Below are positions 52,310-64,000 of a DNA stretch of 64,000 nt, one piece after another. Both the position numbers and the translations under genes were made by a program. The number at the start of each line of letters is the position of its first letter. Within the stretch, counting starts at the first letter, position 1. Source of the stretch: Octopus sinensis (Eukaryota); contig NC_042997.1 of the NCBI RefSeq assembly GCF_006345805.1, forward strand, positions 116,126,001 through 116,190,000. Direction: 5' to 3'. The notes beneath the pieces were generated by a model. It was not told where the DNA came from. It searched no databases and saw only the letters and a program-made list of their open reading frames with translations.

Positions 52310-52362
<53 letters not shown>

Positions 52363-52575
52363 TGTGTGTTTGTGTCTCTATGTTTGTCCCACCAACATGG
52401 CTTGACAACCGATGCTGGTGTGTTTAGGTCCCCGTAACTTAGCGGTCCGGCAAGAGAGACCGATAGGATAAGTACTAGGCTTACAAAGAATAAGTCCTGG
52501 GGTTGATTTGCTCGACTAAAAGCGGTGCTCCAGCATGGTCGCAGTCAAATGACTGAAACAAATAAAAGAAAAGAG
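52139..52575 (+). mobile_element. SINE family B, full length
   Basis: Head, internal microsatellite and tail present. Confidence 0.9.
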
Positions 52576-53738
52576 GACTCGGTATAGTAATGGCAGAATT
52601 ATGGAAATATGTAAATTTATTATATAAATATAGAAAAAGATGCGCAATTGTATCTATTTCAAGGCATAACCAAAATAGTGATCAGCTTCAGCTTGATCAG
52701 AACCATAGGGTTGGGAACTCAGAACCATGGGGTTGGGTACTGAAAACCATGGGGTTGGGAAGCAAATGACTTACCGCACCGCCACATCCTGAGAAGTATA
52801 AGTTTCTCTATGATTTCCTTTATAACACAGTGTCTAAGCTCCACATATCTTGAGGTTTCGTGGGCGCGTAGAACACGACCATCTTATCAGGTGATAGAGG
52901 TGCTTGGAGATGGCCCTAGCATCCAATGACATGGAAATGTCCTGCAAACTCAGGAAGTCATGTTGGGTTGCGTCAAACTGTTCATAAAAATACACTTAAT
53001 TCTCATAAAGTGTATTGAGTGCTACGTTTTTCATTTGCCCACTCGCTCATCTCTCTCTTTCTCTCTCTCTCTATCTCTCACTCTCAGTGTTTCTCAAAAG
53101 GGAGGCCTATGGGACGGTCGGACAAGTTGTTTCGAGAAAATTTGGTTTAAATGTTTGACAACTCAGCACCGTCCATTGGACGGGGAGGGAGGCGTTTTGC
53201 TCGTATATATGTGTGTGTGCGCGCGCGTGCATGTACATATGTATATATGCTCAGATGTACGCATATATATCATATATATATATTTACACACACACACAGA
53301 CACACACATATGTATGTATGAATAAACTATACATGGATGCCTACACAAAAGTACCAACTCACATAGCTTAAAGATAAATTTAGAACAATCCAACACCGGT
53401 TAAATTTTGAACCCACTGTCAATATGTTTACTACATATACATATATACGTGAAAGCGCGTATATGTGATCACACACGCACACACATATATAAAGTTGAGG
53501 ATGTAATCATTAAAAAGATTATATCAGTGTAAAGTAATCTTTATCACAGAAATCTTAAGATATAGAATTATCCGACATTTTGTAAATCGTCTTGCTCATT
53601 ACCTCGCATTCAACCATGGGTTATAGAGAGTAAATTTTGTGTGGATTTGATACCTGTGTCTAGTGTATAGGCGCTTGCATTCCAGTGCCCTTAACTGTAA
53701 TTATATTTTTTTAATTATATACTTAATATATATATATA

Positions 53739-53802
<64 letters not shown>

Positions 53803-53910
53803 TATATATATATGCATATATATATATGTATATGTATTTACCACACACACACACACACACACCCACACACACACATACATATATATATATACACACATAT
53901 AATAACATAT

Positions 53911-54123
53911 AATAGCAAGTAAAATAGCATAAAATAACATATTTTACTTGCTAAATAAAATCAGAATCCAGTTGGTCCAGGAAACTAGATGGTAAAATGT
54001 TTTTGTTTTTTCATTTCGATCCCATCGAATTTTATCCCTAATTTTGTGGTTATGGAACCTAACTGTTCTTTCTAGCGTATTGAATCCCACAAATGGATTC
54101 CTCATGTGTTTAAATGTACATTG

Positions 54124-54172
<49 letters not shown>

Positions 54173-54516
54173 CACAAACATATACACACACACATATATA
54201 ATATATTGTATATATATACACACAATATACACCACCCACACACGAATATAATATGATATACATATATATATATATATACACACATATATAACATTAATAG
54301 CAAGTAAAATAGAATAAAATTAACATATTTACTTGCTAAACTAAAATCAGAATCCAGTTGGTCATAGGAAACTAGATGGTAAAATGTTTTTGTTTTTTCA
54401 TTTCGATCCCATCGAATTTTATCCCTAATTTTGTGGTTATGGAACTAGCTGTTCTTTCTAGCGTATTGAATCCCACAAATGGATTCCTCATGTGTTTAAA
54501 TGTACATTGTATTTTA
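53911..54516. repeat. Tandem duplication, ~385-bp period
   Basis: 53911-54130 is nearly identical to 54296-54516. Confidence 0.9.
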
Positions 54517-55174
54517 TATATAATAATATATATATTATATATATATAATATACATACAAAAACATATACACACACACATATATTATATATGTATATATAC
54601 ACACAACATATACACACACACGAATTATATATATGTAGTATACATATATATATATAATACACACACACACGCGCATATATACATACATATATATACCATG
54701 AGTTTATAGGTATGGTATAGAGTGACAGCGGTCATGAAGAAGAAGAGAGCAGGAGGAGAGACTTGGAAGACAGAGAGATTAGTCCTGACTGAAGAAATAT
54801 AACAGGTTATATATTAAGTAACATATGTGTCTGCTAAATCCGGTTCAGCCAGGAAGGTAAATCTATCTTAGATAACCGATATTCTTCAAGGTAAAGAACA
54901 CTACTTGTGAGTTAGGAGAACAACTGTTGATATAGTTGTTCTTCGCTAGTTGTTCCCACAGAATGGATTGGTTCCAAAAGATCGATAATATATGAGACAG
55001 AGAGCAGTGTAGAAAGAGACTGAACAGGACAAACGTATATTGTATGTGTGAGTAATTTAACGACTGTAACTTGATGTAGACGGCGAACAGGTAGAGATTG
55101 ATAGGCCACCAGAATATGTATGCATACATATACACACATACATACACACACATAAATATATACATTCACACTCA

Positions 55175-55225
<51 letters not shown>

Positions 55226-55491
55226 CATACACACACATATATGTATACACACACGTGTATATACATCTATGTTATATATACAAGTATGTATATTTGTTAA
55301 CGCACACACATATACATATATATTACATATGTTATGTATATGTATGTATAGTATATATATATATATATATATTTTATATAAGTTATATAATATTTTATAT
55401 ATGCAGGAATATGTGTACGTATATATATATTATATATCATATATTCAGGCATATATCATTATATCATATGTACATATAATTATAATATATA

Positions 55492-55563
<72 letters not shown>

Positions 55564-55685
55564 TATATATATTTTGTTTGTGTGTGACTGTGGTACCACG
55601 TGGGCAAAAAGAGAGAGTTGCCCGATAGATGGATCGATTAATGAGTTTATCTGATATGTCTGAGAGTGCGTGCAGATAGAGAAAC

Positions 55686-55741
<56 letters not shown>

Positions 55742-56029
55742 AGAGATGAGAAAGGGAAAGAGAGACAGAGAGACAGAAAGAGAGAACGAGATGGGAAAAG
55801 CAGAAAGAGCTAGAAAATTGAGCAAGATGCAAGGTGAGAAATATGTTGCTGGATGTCGTAGTTGGCATTGCATCTGGGGATTCTTCGTACAGCTTTGCGT
55901 GCACCGACATGTGTTCAATTGAAGTGAGTGACTTAAAAGGATATATATATATATATATGTGTGTATGTATATATGTATATGTATGTATATATGTATATGT
56001 ATGTGTATATGTACATATATATGTATATG

Positions 56030-56073
<44 letters not shown>

Positions 56074-56386
56074 GTGTATATGTGTGTGTGTGTGTGTATA
56101 TATATGTGTGTGTGTATATATATATATGTGTGTGTGAGTATATATATATATGTGTGTGTGTATATGTGTGTGTGTGTATATATGTGTGTGTGTGTATATA
56201 TGTGTGTGTGTGTATATATATATGTGTGTGTGTATGTGTGTGTGTGTGTATATATATATATATGTGTATATGTATGTGTGTGTATATATGTATGTGTGTG
56301 TATATATATGTATGTGTGTGTATGTATATATATGTTATTATATATATATATATAATATAATATATATGTTCATATATATGTATGTA

Positions 56387-56420
<34 letters not shown>

Positions 56421-56423
<3 letters not shown>

Positions 56424-57640
56424 CCTTTGACAGGGTTGATCATAAGATCCTTTTAAGAAAGCTTTCCAATATTGGTGTCACTGGAAAGCTGCTGCACTGG
56501 ATCAAGTGCTTCCTGTCAAACAGAACCCAACATGTTGTAGTCGAAGGAGTCAAATCCAGCTCAGCCAAGGTCAGTAGTGGTGTCCCACAAGGCACTGTGT
56601 TGGAACCACTTCTCTTCATCATCTACATTAATGACATTACTGATATCATCAAACACAGTAACATCAGAATCTTCACAGACGATTCCAAGCTCCTGAAGGT
56701 CATCAATGGCCTGGATGACCGGATAAGCCTTCAGTCAGACCTACTGGCTGTTGTCCATGGGCGGAAAAGAACAACATGTTGCTAAACGAAGACAAATTCG
56801 AACTGATCCAATTTGGAAGGGAGGATGCTCTGAAACTCCCATACTCCCTTCCTTCTGGTGAAATCCTCATGGCATCTAACAACACCAGAGACTTGGGAGT
56901 TACTGTGGACAACAACATAAGCTGGGCTACACATATAACCAGCAATGGTGACATGGCCCGCAGAATGTGTTCCTGGATTCTCAGAACCTTCCAGTCGATA
57001 GATTCCCACACCATTATCCTTCTCTTCTCTACTTTTGCCCGACCTCACTTTGAATACTGCTGTCCCCTGTGGTCTCCCTACACGAAACAAAATAGCATGA
57101 AAATTGAAGCTCTCCAGAGGTCAATCACGAAAAAGATAGATGGCATGTCAGACCTCGACTACTGGGGTCGACTAGAAAAGCTGAAACTGCATTCATTCCA
57201 ACGACGCCGTGAACGCAACATTATCTGTATGATGTGGAAAATATTCCATCAGCACTGTCCAAATGATGTTGACATCACCTTCAAAATACATCCAAGACTA
57301 GAACCCCGTGCCATCCGTCCACAACAAAAATCTAAATCGCATCTATTAACAATACGGCACAATTATTTCACCTCAGTTGGACCCGCTGTCATCAACATTA
57401 CACCAGGACACGTCAAAACAGAAACTGACCACACAAAATTCAAGAAGTCTTTGGACAAATTCCTTCAAACAGTCCCGGACAAACCACCCACACCCGGATA
57501 TGTCTCGACAAACAATAACTCCCTGCTCGAATGGGCATTGGTGCCCAAATCCTGAATTGAAAGACTTCGCCAGGTGGTGCTTTTAAATTAGACATCGCCT
57601 GGGCCAATACTAGCTAAAACCTTTCTAAGTTATTCTAAGT
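56421..57640 (+). mobile_element. CR1-like LINE, 5'-truncated, RT C-terminal half
   Basis: FDRVDH..LL.KL, SGVPQGTVLEPLLFIIYINDI, FTDDSKL, YCCPLWSPY; one frameshift near 56760-56776; short tandem tail ttctaagt. Confidence 0.9.
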
Positions 57641-57653
57641 TATATATATATAA

Positions 57654-57753
57654 NNNNNNNNNNNNNNNNNNNNNNNNNNNNNNNNNNNNNNNNNNNNNNN
57701 NNNNNNNNNNNNNNNNNNNNNNNNNNNNNNNNNNNNNNNNNNNNNNNNNNNNN
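57654..57753. other. Assembly gap, 100 N
   Basis: Run of exactly 100 n. Confidence 1.
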
Positions 57754-57920
57754 GGTATTTCGCCCGTCACTAAGTTCCGAGTTCAAGTTCCGCCGAAGTC
57801 AACTTTGCCTTTCATCCCTTTGGGGTCGATAAATTAAGTATCAGTGGAATACTGGGTTCGTTGTAATGGATTAGTCCCCCTCCCCTAAAATTTCAGGCCT
57901 TGTTTTTAGAGTAGAAAGGG
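57754..57920 (+). mobile_element. SINE A, head lost in the gap
   Basis: ggtatttcgcc...gagttcaagttccgccga...aaatttcaggccttg. Confidence 0.8.
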
Positions 57921-58129
57921 TTAATATATATTGAACTCGAGTCACTAAGCCACCAAGTTCCTCTTTGGCTATCTTTGGCCGTATGCTTAAGCAAGTTCAA
58001 TTGAACCATGTTTCAATTCCATTTCTTGTTCTTCACAGTACATTAAGATTGATTTCCTTTTACTTTTTTCGCTTCTGCCAGGGTCTGTAGCCATTCGTGG
58101 TGGTAGTGGTGGGGGCACAGTCAAGAAGG

Positions 58130-58462
58130 GTTTACTCGGATAAATCAACCCTAGTGCTTATTTTTTAAAGCATACTACTTACTATATCGTAGTCTTTTGT
58201 CGAACTGGCCAAGATATAAACAAACCAACACCGGTTGTCAAACGGTGGTGGGGCGGGGACAAACACATGCGCAAAGACATAAATACACACACACATGTAC
58301 ATCATGGGATTCCATACAGTTTCCACTTACAGTTTCCAAATTTATTCACAAGGAATTGGTCGACCTAGGGCTATAAGGAGTAAACACTTACGCAAGGTGC
58401 CATGCAATGAGATTGAACCCGAATCTACGTGAGTGTAAGGTGAGCTTTTTAACCACACAGCT
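58130..58462 (-). mobile_element. Diverged SINE B
   Basis: caccggttgtcaaacggtggt...ggtcgacctagggctata...ttaaccacacagc. Confidence 0.65.
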
Positions 58463-59086
58463 GTTGTAATTTGTTAGTTTTGCTAATGTTGCTATTTCGC
58501 TGCAGATTAAGCATGATGCGGCGGACCTTCCAGTCGTGGCCATCGAGCCTTTTGTATATATCTGGAACTTCGTGCCATTTCCGTTTTTAAGATTGTAGAG
58601 TGTAATATGAGGGAATTTGGTGGCTGCTTTTAGTAGGGTGAATGACTACGTCTAGGTTCCTTTGCTGAACGTATATGATATTAACCATTTGGCTGTCGAA
58701 GGTTCGATCACAAGTAAAGATATCTGACTTTTGTTGAATTTTGTTGTTGTTGTTTAATCGAAGGTCAATCACAACAAAACAGGTCGATGATCGATTCGTT
58801 CCACTCGGGATCTTTCAATCTTTTTCAGAGTTATCAAAGAATACACTTATTCAACAAAATAGGTGATAATCTGAAAAGGATTTTAGCTACTATTTCTAGC
58901 AGGTTAACCATATAGAAGCTCCCGGCCCTCACTGACTTCTCTGTTTGTCTGCAGCGAATGACCTTGACTTCTACAAAGCTATCTGACCTTGAGGCATACC
59001 GTATGAAAACAGAAAAATAATGCACCTACATACGAATGATGGTCAACGTTACCTCTTCTTATAATTCATTGTTATTATTAATATTT

Positions 59087-59300
59087 AAGGCAGTAAGCCG
59101 GCAGAATCTTTACTGGCGAGGTAAAATGCTTAGCGTTGTTTCTTCTGGCTTGACGTTCTGAGTTCAAATTCAGCAGAGGTCGACTCTGCTTTTTATCCTT
59201 CTGGGGTCGGTAAAACAAATACTAGTTGAGTGCCGGGGTCGGTGTAATCGACTTGCCCCACCCTCGAAATTGCTGGCCTTGTGCCAAAATTTTAAACCAT
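59087..59300 (+). mobile_element. SINE A copy
   Basis: aaggcagtaagccggcagaatc...ggccttgtgccaaaattttaaacc followed by (TTA)n. Confidence 0.8.
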
Positions 59301-59316
59301 TATTATTATTATTATT

Positions 59317-59859
59317 GAGTGAGAGAGCAGTTCATGCCATCAAAGTGACACTGGGGTAAAATAACGAAGCCCAATATACCCATCATGACTACCCGTCTGA
59401 TAAGGTACACCGGGCACATGCATCAAAACCATATATGCGCGACATGGTGATCTCTATCAAGATAAACAGCACATGACCTTTGCAGGTGGGGCCCAGTTAG
59501 AATTTTCTTCAGGTTGAGTAGCCATCCCGCTCAAACGGTCCCTGAATAAGGGTTGTTTAAGGATGTTGAAGAACCACCCATGTTTCCAGAGGTGAACTAT
59601 TCAAACTCCAAAGAATCCCTCTCAACACATGGCTATGATTGCTCCCTCACTACTTCTGCTCGTGATCAGAGATGCACATATCGTCAGCCACTAAGGGACA
59701 TGCTCAACTGGTTAAAGTCAAACAACTGACAAAATCTGTGGTATTGAGCAGAATATTTGCTGTAGCCCATCTTTTATACCAAGACAAAACAATGTACATG
59801 ATAACATTCCAATCAGTTAAGATCAGAAGCCATGAGAGCCACTGCCTGGTACTGCATCA
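59317..59859 (-). mobile_element. ~540-bp non-coding element flanked by (AAT)n on both sides
   Basis: Sharp boundaries against (TTA)n at 59300-59316 and 59860-59982; no coding motif seen. Confidence 0.5.
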
Positions 59860-59899
<40 letters not shown>

Positions 59900-59933
59900 T
59901 ATATTATTATTATATTATTATTATTATTATTAA

Positions 59934-59979
<46 letters not shown>

Positions 59980-59982
59980 TAT

Positions 59983-60200
59983 TAAGGCAGAGAGCTGGCA
60001 GAATCGTTAGCACGCTGGGCGAAATGTTAAACAGCATTTTGTCTGTCTGCACGTTCTGAGTTCAAATTCCGTCGAGGTCGACTTTACTTTTCATTCTTTC
60101 GGGGTCGATAAATTAAGTACCAGTTACGCACTGGGGTCGATGTAATCGACTCATCTCCTCCCCAAATTTCAGGCCTTGTGTCTATAGCAGAAAGGATTAT
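59983..60200 (+). mobile_element. SINE A embedded in (TTA)n
   Basis: aaggcagagagctggcagaatcgttagcacg...gaaaggattat. Confidence 0.88.
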
Positions 60201-60235
60201 CATTATTATTATAGTAGAAAGGATTATTATTATTA

Positions 60236-60293
<58 letters not shown>

Positions 60294-60421
60294 TTATGTA
60301 TATAAATACGCACACACAAATACACAAACTCAGACACACACATACAATATATCTATTGTATGCATATATATATTTATATGCATATACACGTATATATATT
60401 ATACATATGTATATGTCTAAG

Positions 60422-60455
<34 letters not shown>

Positions 60456-60466
60456 TATATATATTA

Positions 60467-60503
<37 letters not shown>

Positions 60504-60518
60504 CACACACACACATAT

Positions 60519-60786
60519 GGAGGCGCAATGGCGCAGTGGTTAGGGCAGCGGACTTGCGGTCGTAGGATCGCGGTTTCGATTCCCAGACCGGGCGTTGTGA
60601 GTGTTCGGCAGGGGATGGTGGCGAACCCTGCTGCACTCTTTCGCCACGACTTTCCCTCACTCTTTCTTCTGTTGGCCTGCTCGCTTAGCCAGCGGGGTGG
60701 CGTCATTTGAAGGCTAAAACAATGTGAAGCGCATTGTGACCAGCGATGTGTAGCAACATCTGATAGCCTGGTCGGTCACGGTGATA
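60519..60786 (+). mobile_element. SINE family C
   Basis: ggaggcgcaatggcgcagtggttagggcagcggacttgcggtcgtaggatcgcggtttcgattccc (A- and B-box-like). Confidence 0.85.
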
Positions 60787-60950
60787 TACACACACATATA
60801 CATTTATACCTACATACATACGCACATATATGCCCATGCTATACCGCCAATGTTTATATATGTATGTATCTATCTCCTCCCTATATATAAAGCTTTTCGT
60901 TCTGTACCAACTTGGATTATGAATTAAAGCTTGCCCTTTCCTTATACTTC

Positions 60951-60986
<36 letters not shown>

Positions 60987-61173
60987 CACACAGAGAGAAA
61001 GAGAGAAAGAGAGAAAGAAAGAGTGGGAATAGATACACACGCACACACACATATATACTATATACGCCTGCCTAGACATATACACATATATGTGTATATC
61101 AATCTTGTTATCTATATTTATATATATATATATACATAGATTTATATATATATATATACATACATATATGTGG

Positions 61174-61224
<51 letters not shown>

Positions 61225-61236
61225 ATATATCATACA

Positions 61237-61277
<41 letters not shown>

Positions 61278-61449
61278 CATATATATATATACATACATAT
61301 ATATATATATATATACGCATACATATTATATACACACAAATATATATATATATACAACATCATATATGTATGTACGTATGTATGTATGTATGTAAGCATG
61401 TGTATATCTATCTATCTTTATTTCTATCTCCCTCTATACAAGCAGAGAA

Positions 61450-61503
<54 letters not shown>

Positions 61504-61912
61504 ATTTCATAAACCCCTGTCCCCTTAATATAATTCTCAGTTAGAATCAACAGGATTGCTTGGAATTACACAATTCTCCCGACGGACTTCTATCAGTTTT
61601 TGCCCAACCAATTATTAGTCTCGTTGCATGGGTCGAATCGAGACCAAAGAAAATGATATTTTCCCTGGATGCTATTCAATAGGATCAAACCTGATGCCTT
61701 CTGGTTTCGAAGCGCCCTTCAAAGCACAGATGTGGTTTATTCATATTCTCATAGAATCAAAACAAGACTAAATCTGTAAAACTCACTTAATAATGAATAA
61801 TACACATTATCTGAGGTATTTAGTACTTTATTTTGTATTTGTAAGCTATGTTCTTAAAACAAACAGATAAGTAGAAACGTACACGCAAATACACACACAA
61901 ACAAAGAGGTAT

Positions 61913-62066
61913 AGGTGTGGCTGTGTGGTAAGGAACTTGCTTCCAATCCACATGGTTCCGGGTTCAGTCCCACTGCGTTGCAAATAGAGTATGTTTTCTA
62001 CTATAGTCTCAGGCCGACCAAAGCTTTTTGAGTGAATTTGGTAGACGGAAACTGAAAGAAGCCCGT
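61913..62066 (+). mobile_element. SINE B head half
   Basis: aggtgtggctgtgtggtaag...gaaactgaaagaagcccgtcgt. Confidence 0.8.
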
Positions 62067-62112
62067 CGTCTCTCTGTCTCTTTTTTTCTCTCTGTCTCTC
62101 TCTGCCTCTGTC

Positions 62113-62148
<36 letters not shown>

Positions 62149-62150
62149 GC

Positions 62151-62188
<38 letters not shown>

Positions 62189-62709
62189 CGTGTGTTTGTG
62201 TGTGTGTATATACATACATACATACACCCATACCCATACACACACACATACATACGCAAAAGCACCTACACCCACAGCTTTAATCCACCAAATACCAATC
62301 GCATCATATTGCTTAACCTAAGGCTTTAATAAATGACACTTAGCGTGGTGGGATCGAAACCTCTGCACCACAGAGACCGGTTTCTTATTCACACGTGCAT
62401 GGCTGTTTCTTATTCACACAGCCATGCACACATCCTAAATGTTGAGCATTGCATCTTAATCAAAAGCTGTAAGAAATGTTCTTGTTATTGTTGTTATACT
62501 GATGGTTGTTTTATTAGGCGTGGGGTGGGGGAAAATTTGTTTTTTAATAAATGTTGGCCTGGTGGGTTATTCCGGTGGATTTTTGAGAATTCGTGTCTGA
62601 GATTTTAATTCCATTCTCAGTTGCAAAGTTTCCTGTCATTGTTCAAGATCCTCATATTCACACCATTTCGTGTCTCTTGGTAGATGCGAATATCATCTTT
62701 TCACAAAGC

Positions 62710-62763
<54 letters not shown>

Positions 62764-62764
<1 letters not shown>

Positions 62765-63464
62765 TAAGAACAAACTACATAAAATACAGAATAGACAACA
62801 CATCAGAAAGCGATAAGTGCAGAATCTGTGGACAAAACGGTGAAACCGTATGGCATATTACCAGCCAACGTACGCCACTAGCCCAGAAAGAATATAAGAG
62901 ATGCCACGACAATATAGCAAGGTTTGTCCATTGGACACTTTGCAACAAGTATGAACTTGACAGAGCAAAAAGTTGGTACGACCACAAACTCGAAGGTATC
63001 ATCGAAAATAAAAATGCAAAGATCCTATGGGATTTTATGATTCAGTGCGACCACGAGATAGAGAATAGGAAGCCAGATATAGTCTTAATGGAGAAAGACA
63101 ACAAACTATGCAGGATCATAGATATAGCATGCCCAGATGACAACAAGGTATGCGATAAGGAAGAAAGAAAAGTCGAGAGATATGACAGGTTAGCTTGGGA
63201 AGTTAAGCAGTTGTGGTCGATGAAAAAGGTAGCAATAATATCAATAATTGTCGGAGCCCTGGGAACAGTGAGCAAAAAAGTTGGAAAGTACGTGGAAGAA
63301 ATAGGGGCTGCAATAAGGCTGGAACACTTGCAGAAAACATCACTGCTTGGAACCGTTCAAATACTCCGGAAGGTGCTCGAAAAATAAGAGGTGTTACCTT
63401 AGTTCACTGGTGGTGAACAGCTGACACTGTAGTACATCTCCAGCGTTAGAAGCTGTGCAAAGGC
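62764..63464 (+). mobile_element. R4/Dong-type LINE 3' fragment inserted in (AAT)n
   Basis: Stop-free 207-aa frame 62764-63387: CRICGQNGETVWHITSQR knuckle (last Cys lost), KILWDF, NRKPDIV, IIDIA, VGALG; (TAA)n at 62710-62763 and 63465-63518. Confidence 0.85.
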
Positions 63465-63518
<54 letters not shown>

Positions 63519-63519
<1 letters not shown>

Positions 63520-63720
63520 GCTTCAAATTTTGCCATAAGGACAGCAATTTTGGGAGATGGGATGAGTCGATTACATCTTCAACTGGTACTTACTTTATCG
63601 ACCACAAAAGGATGAAAGGTAAAGTCGACCTCGGCGGAATCTGAACTCAGAACGTAAAGACGGACGAAATACCGCTAAGCATTTTGCCCGGCATGCTAAC
63701 GATTTTGCCGGCTCGCCGCC

Positions 63721-63722
<2 letters not shown>
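63519..63722 (-). mobile_element. SINE A between two (AAT)n tracts
   Basis: Ends gctcgccgcctt followed by (AAT)n. Confidence 0.88.
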
Positions 63723-63767
<45 letters not shown>

Positions 63768-63769
<2 letters not shown>

Positions 63770-64000
63770 AGATGGAGAAATACAGACTACTAAAAGACGA
63801 AATTGCAAGAATGTAGGCCATGAGGAGAGTAGCTGTTATCCCAGTAGATGTAGGAGCACTCGGAGCACTAACGATCAAGTAGGAGAAACCTGTCGGAGAA
63901 ACCGGAATTGATATGAGGGCCGAGCAGGCTCCAAAAACTACTCTATTGGGGACAGCTAAGATTTTGCTTGGGTTTTGAGTGTTTTCCACAGTAAGTTATC
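63768..64000 (+). pseudogene. Second R4/Dong-type endonuclease remnant
   Basis: KMEKYRLLKDEIARM*AMRRVAVIPVDVGALGAL...KTTLLGTAKIL; starts right after (AAT)n. Confidence 0.75.

Noticed and set aside
52853-52895. CUGAUAA with paired stem and GAAA on the minus strand
   Set aside because: G8 lost, no stem I or III; too decayed to call
54805-54850. CUGAAGA followed by an AU hairpin
   Set aside because: GAAA absent and stem I unsupported
60519-60595. tRNA gene
   Set aside because: A and B boxes are present but it continues into a SINE body found many times; no convincing acceptor stem

Overview
AT-rich, repeat-dominated eukaryotic DNA, most likely Octopus. That assignment rests on my recollection of these SINE families and was not searched. 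There is no intact protein-coding gene; nearly all ORFs in the supplied track are microsatellite translations. The window is a mosaic of three tRNA-type SINE families, LINE remnants (CR1-like, RTE, L1/Tx1, R4/Dong), a decayed hAT-type DNA transposon, MITEs, large microsatellites, a ~202-bp tandem array, one 100-N gap and a few candidate exons. The main unexplained signal is about 20 minimal type I hammerhead ribozyme (HHR) motifs, from near-canonical to decayed, in several unrelated sequence families. Two lie directly downstream of decayed Penelope-type GIY-YIG coding remnants. Many sit in fold-back elements whose polarity is always head-to-head (5' ends central, ribozyme 3' ends outward). Two or three follow a TATA/Inr-like cassette. 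All structures were paired by eye and none is shown to cleave.
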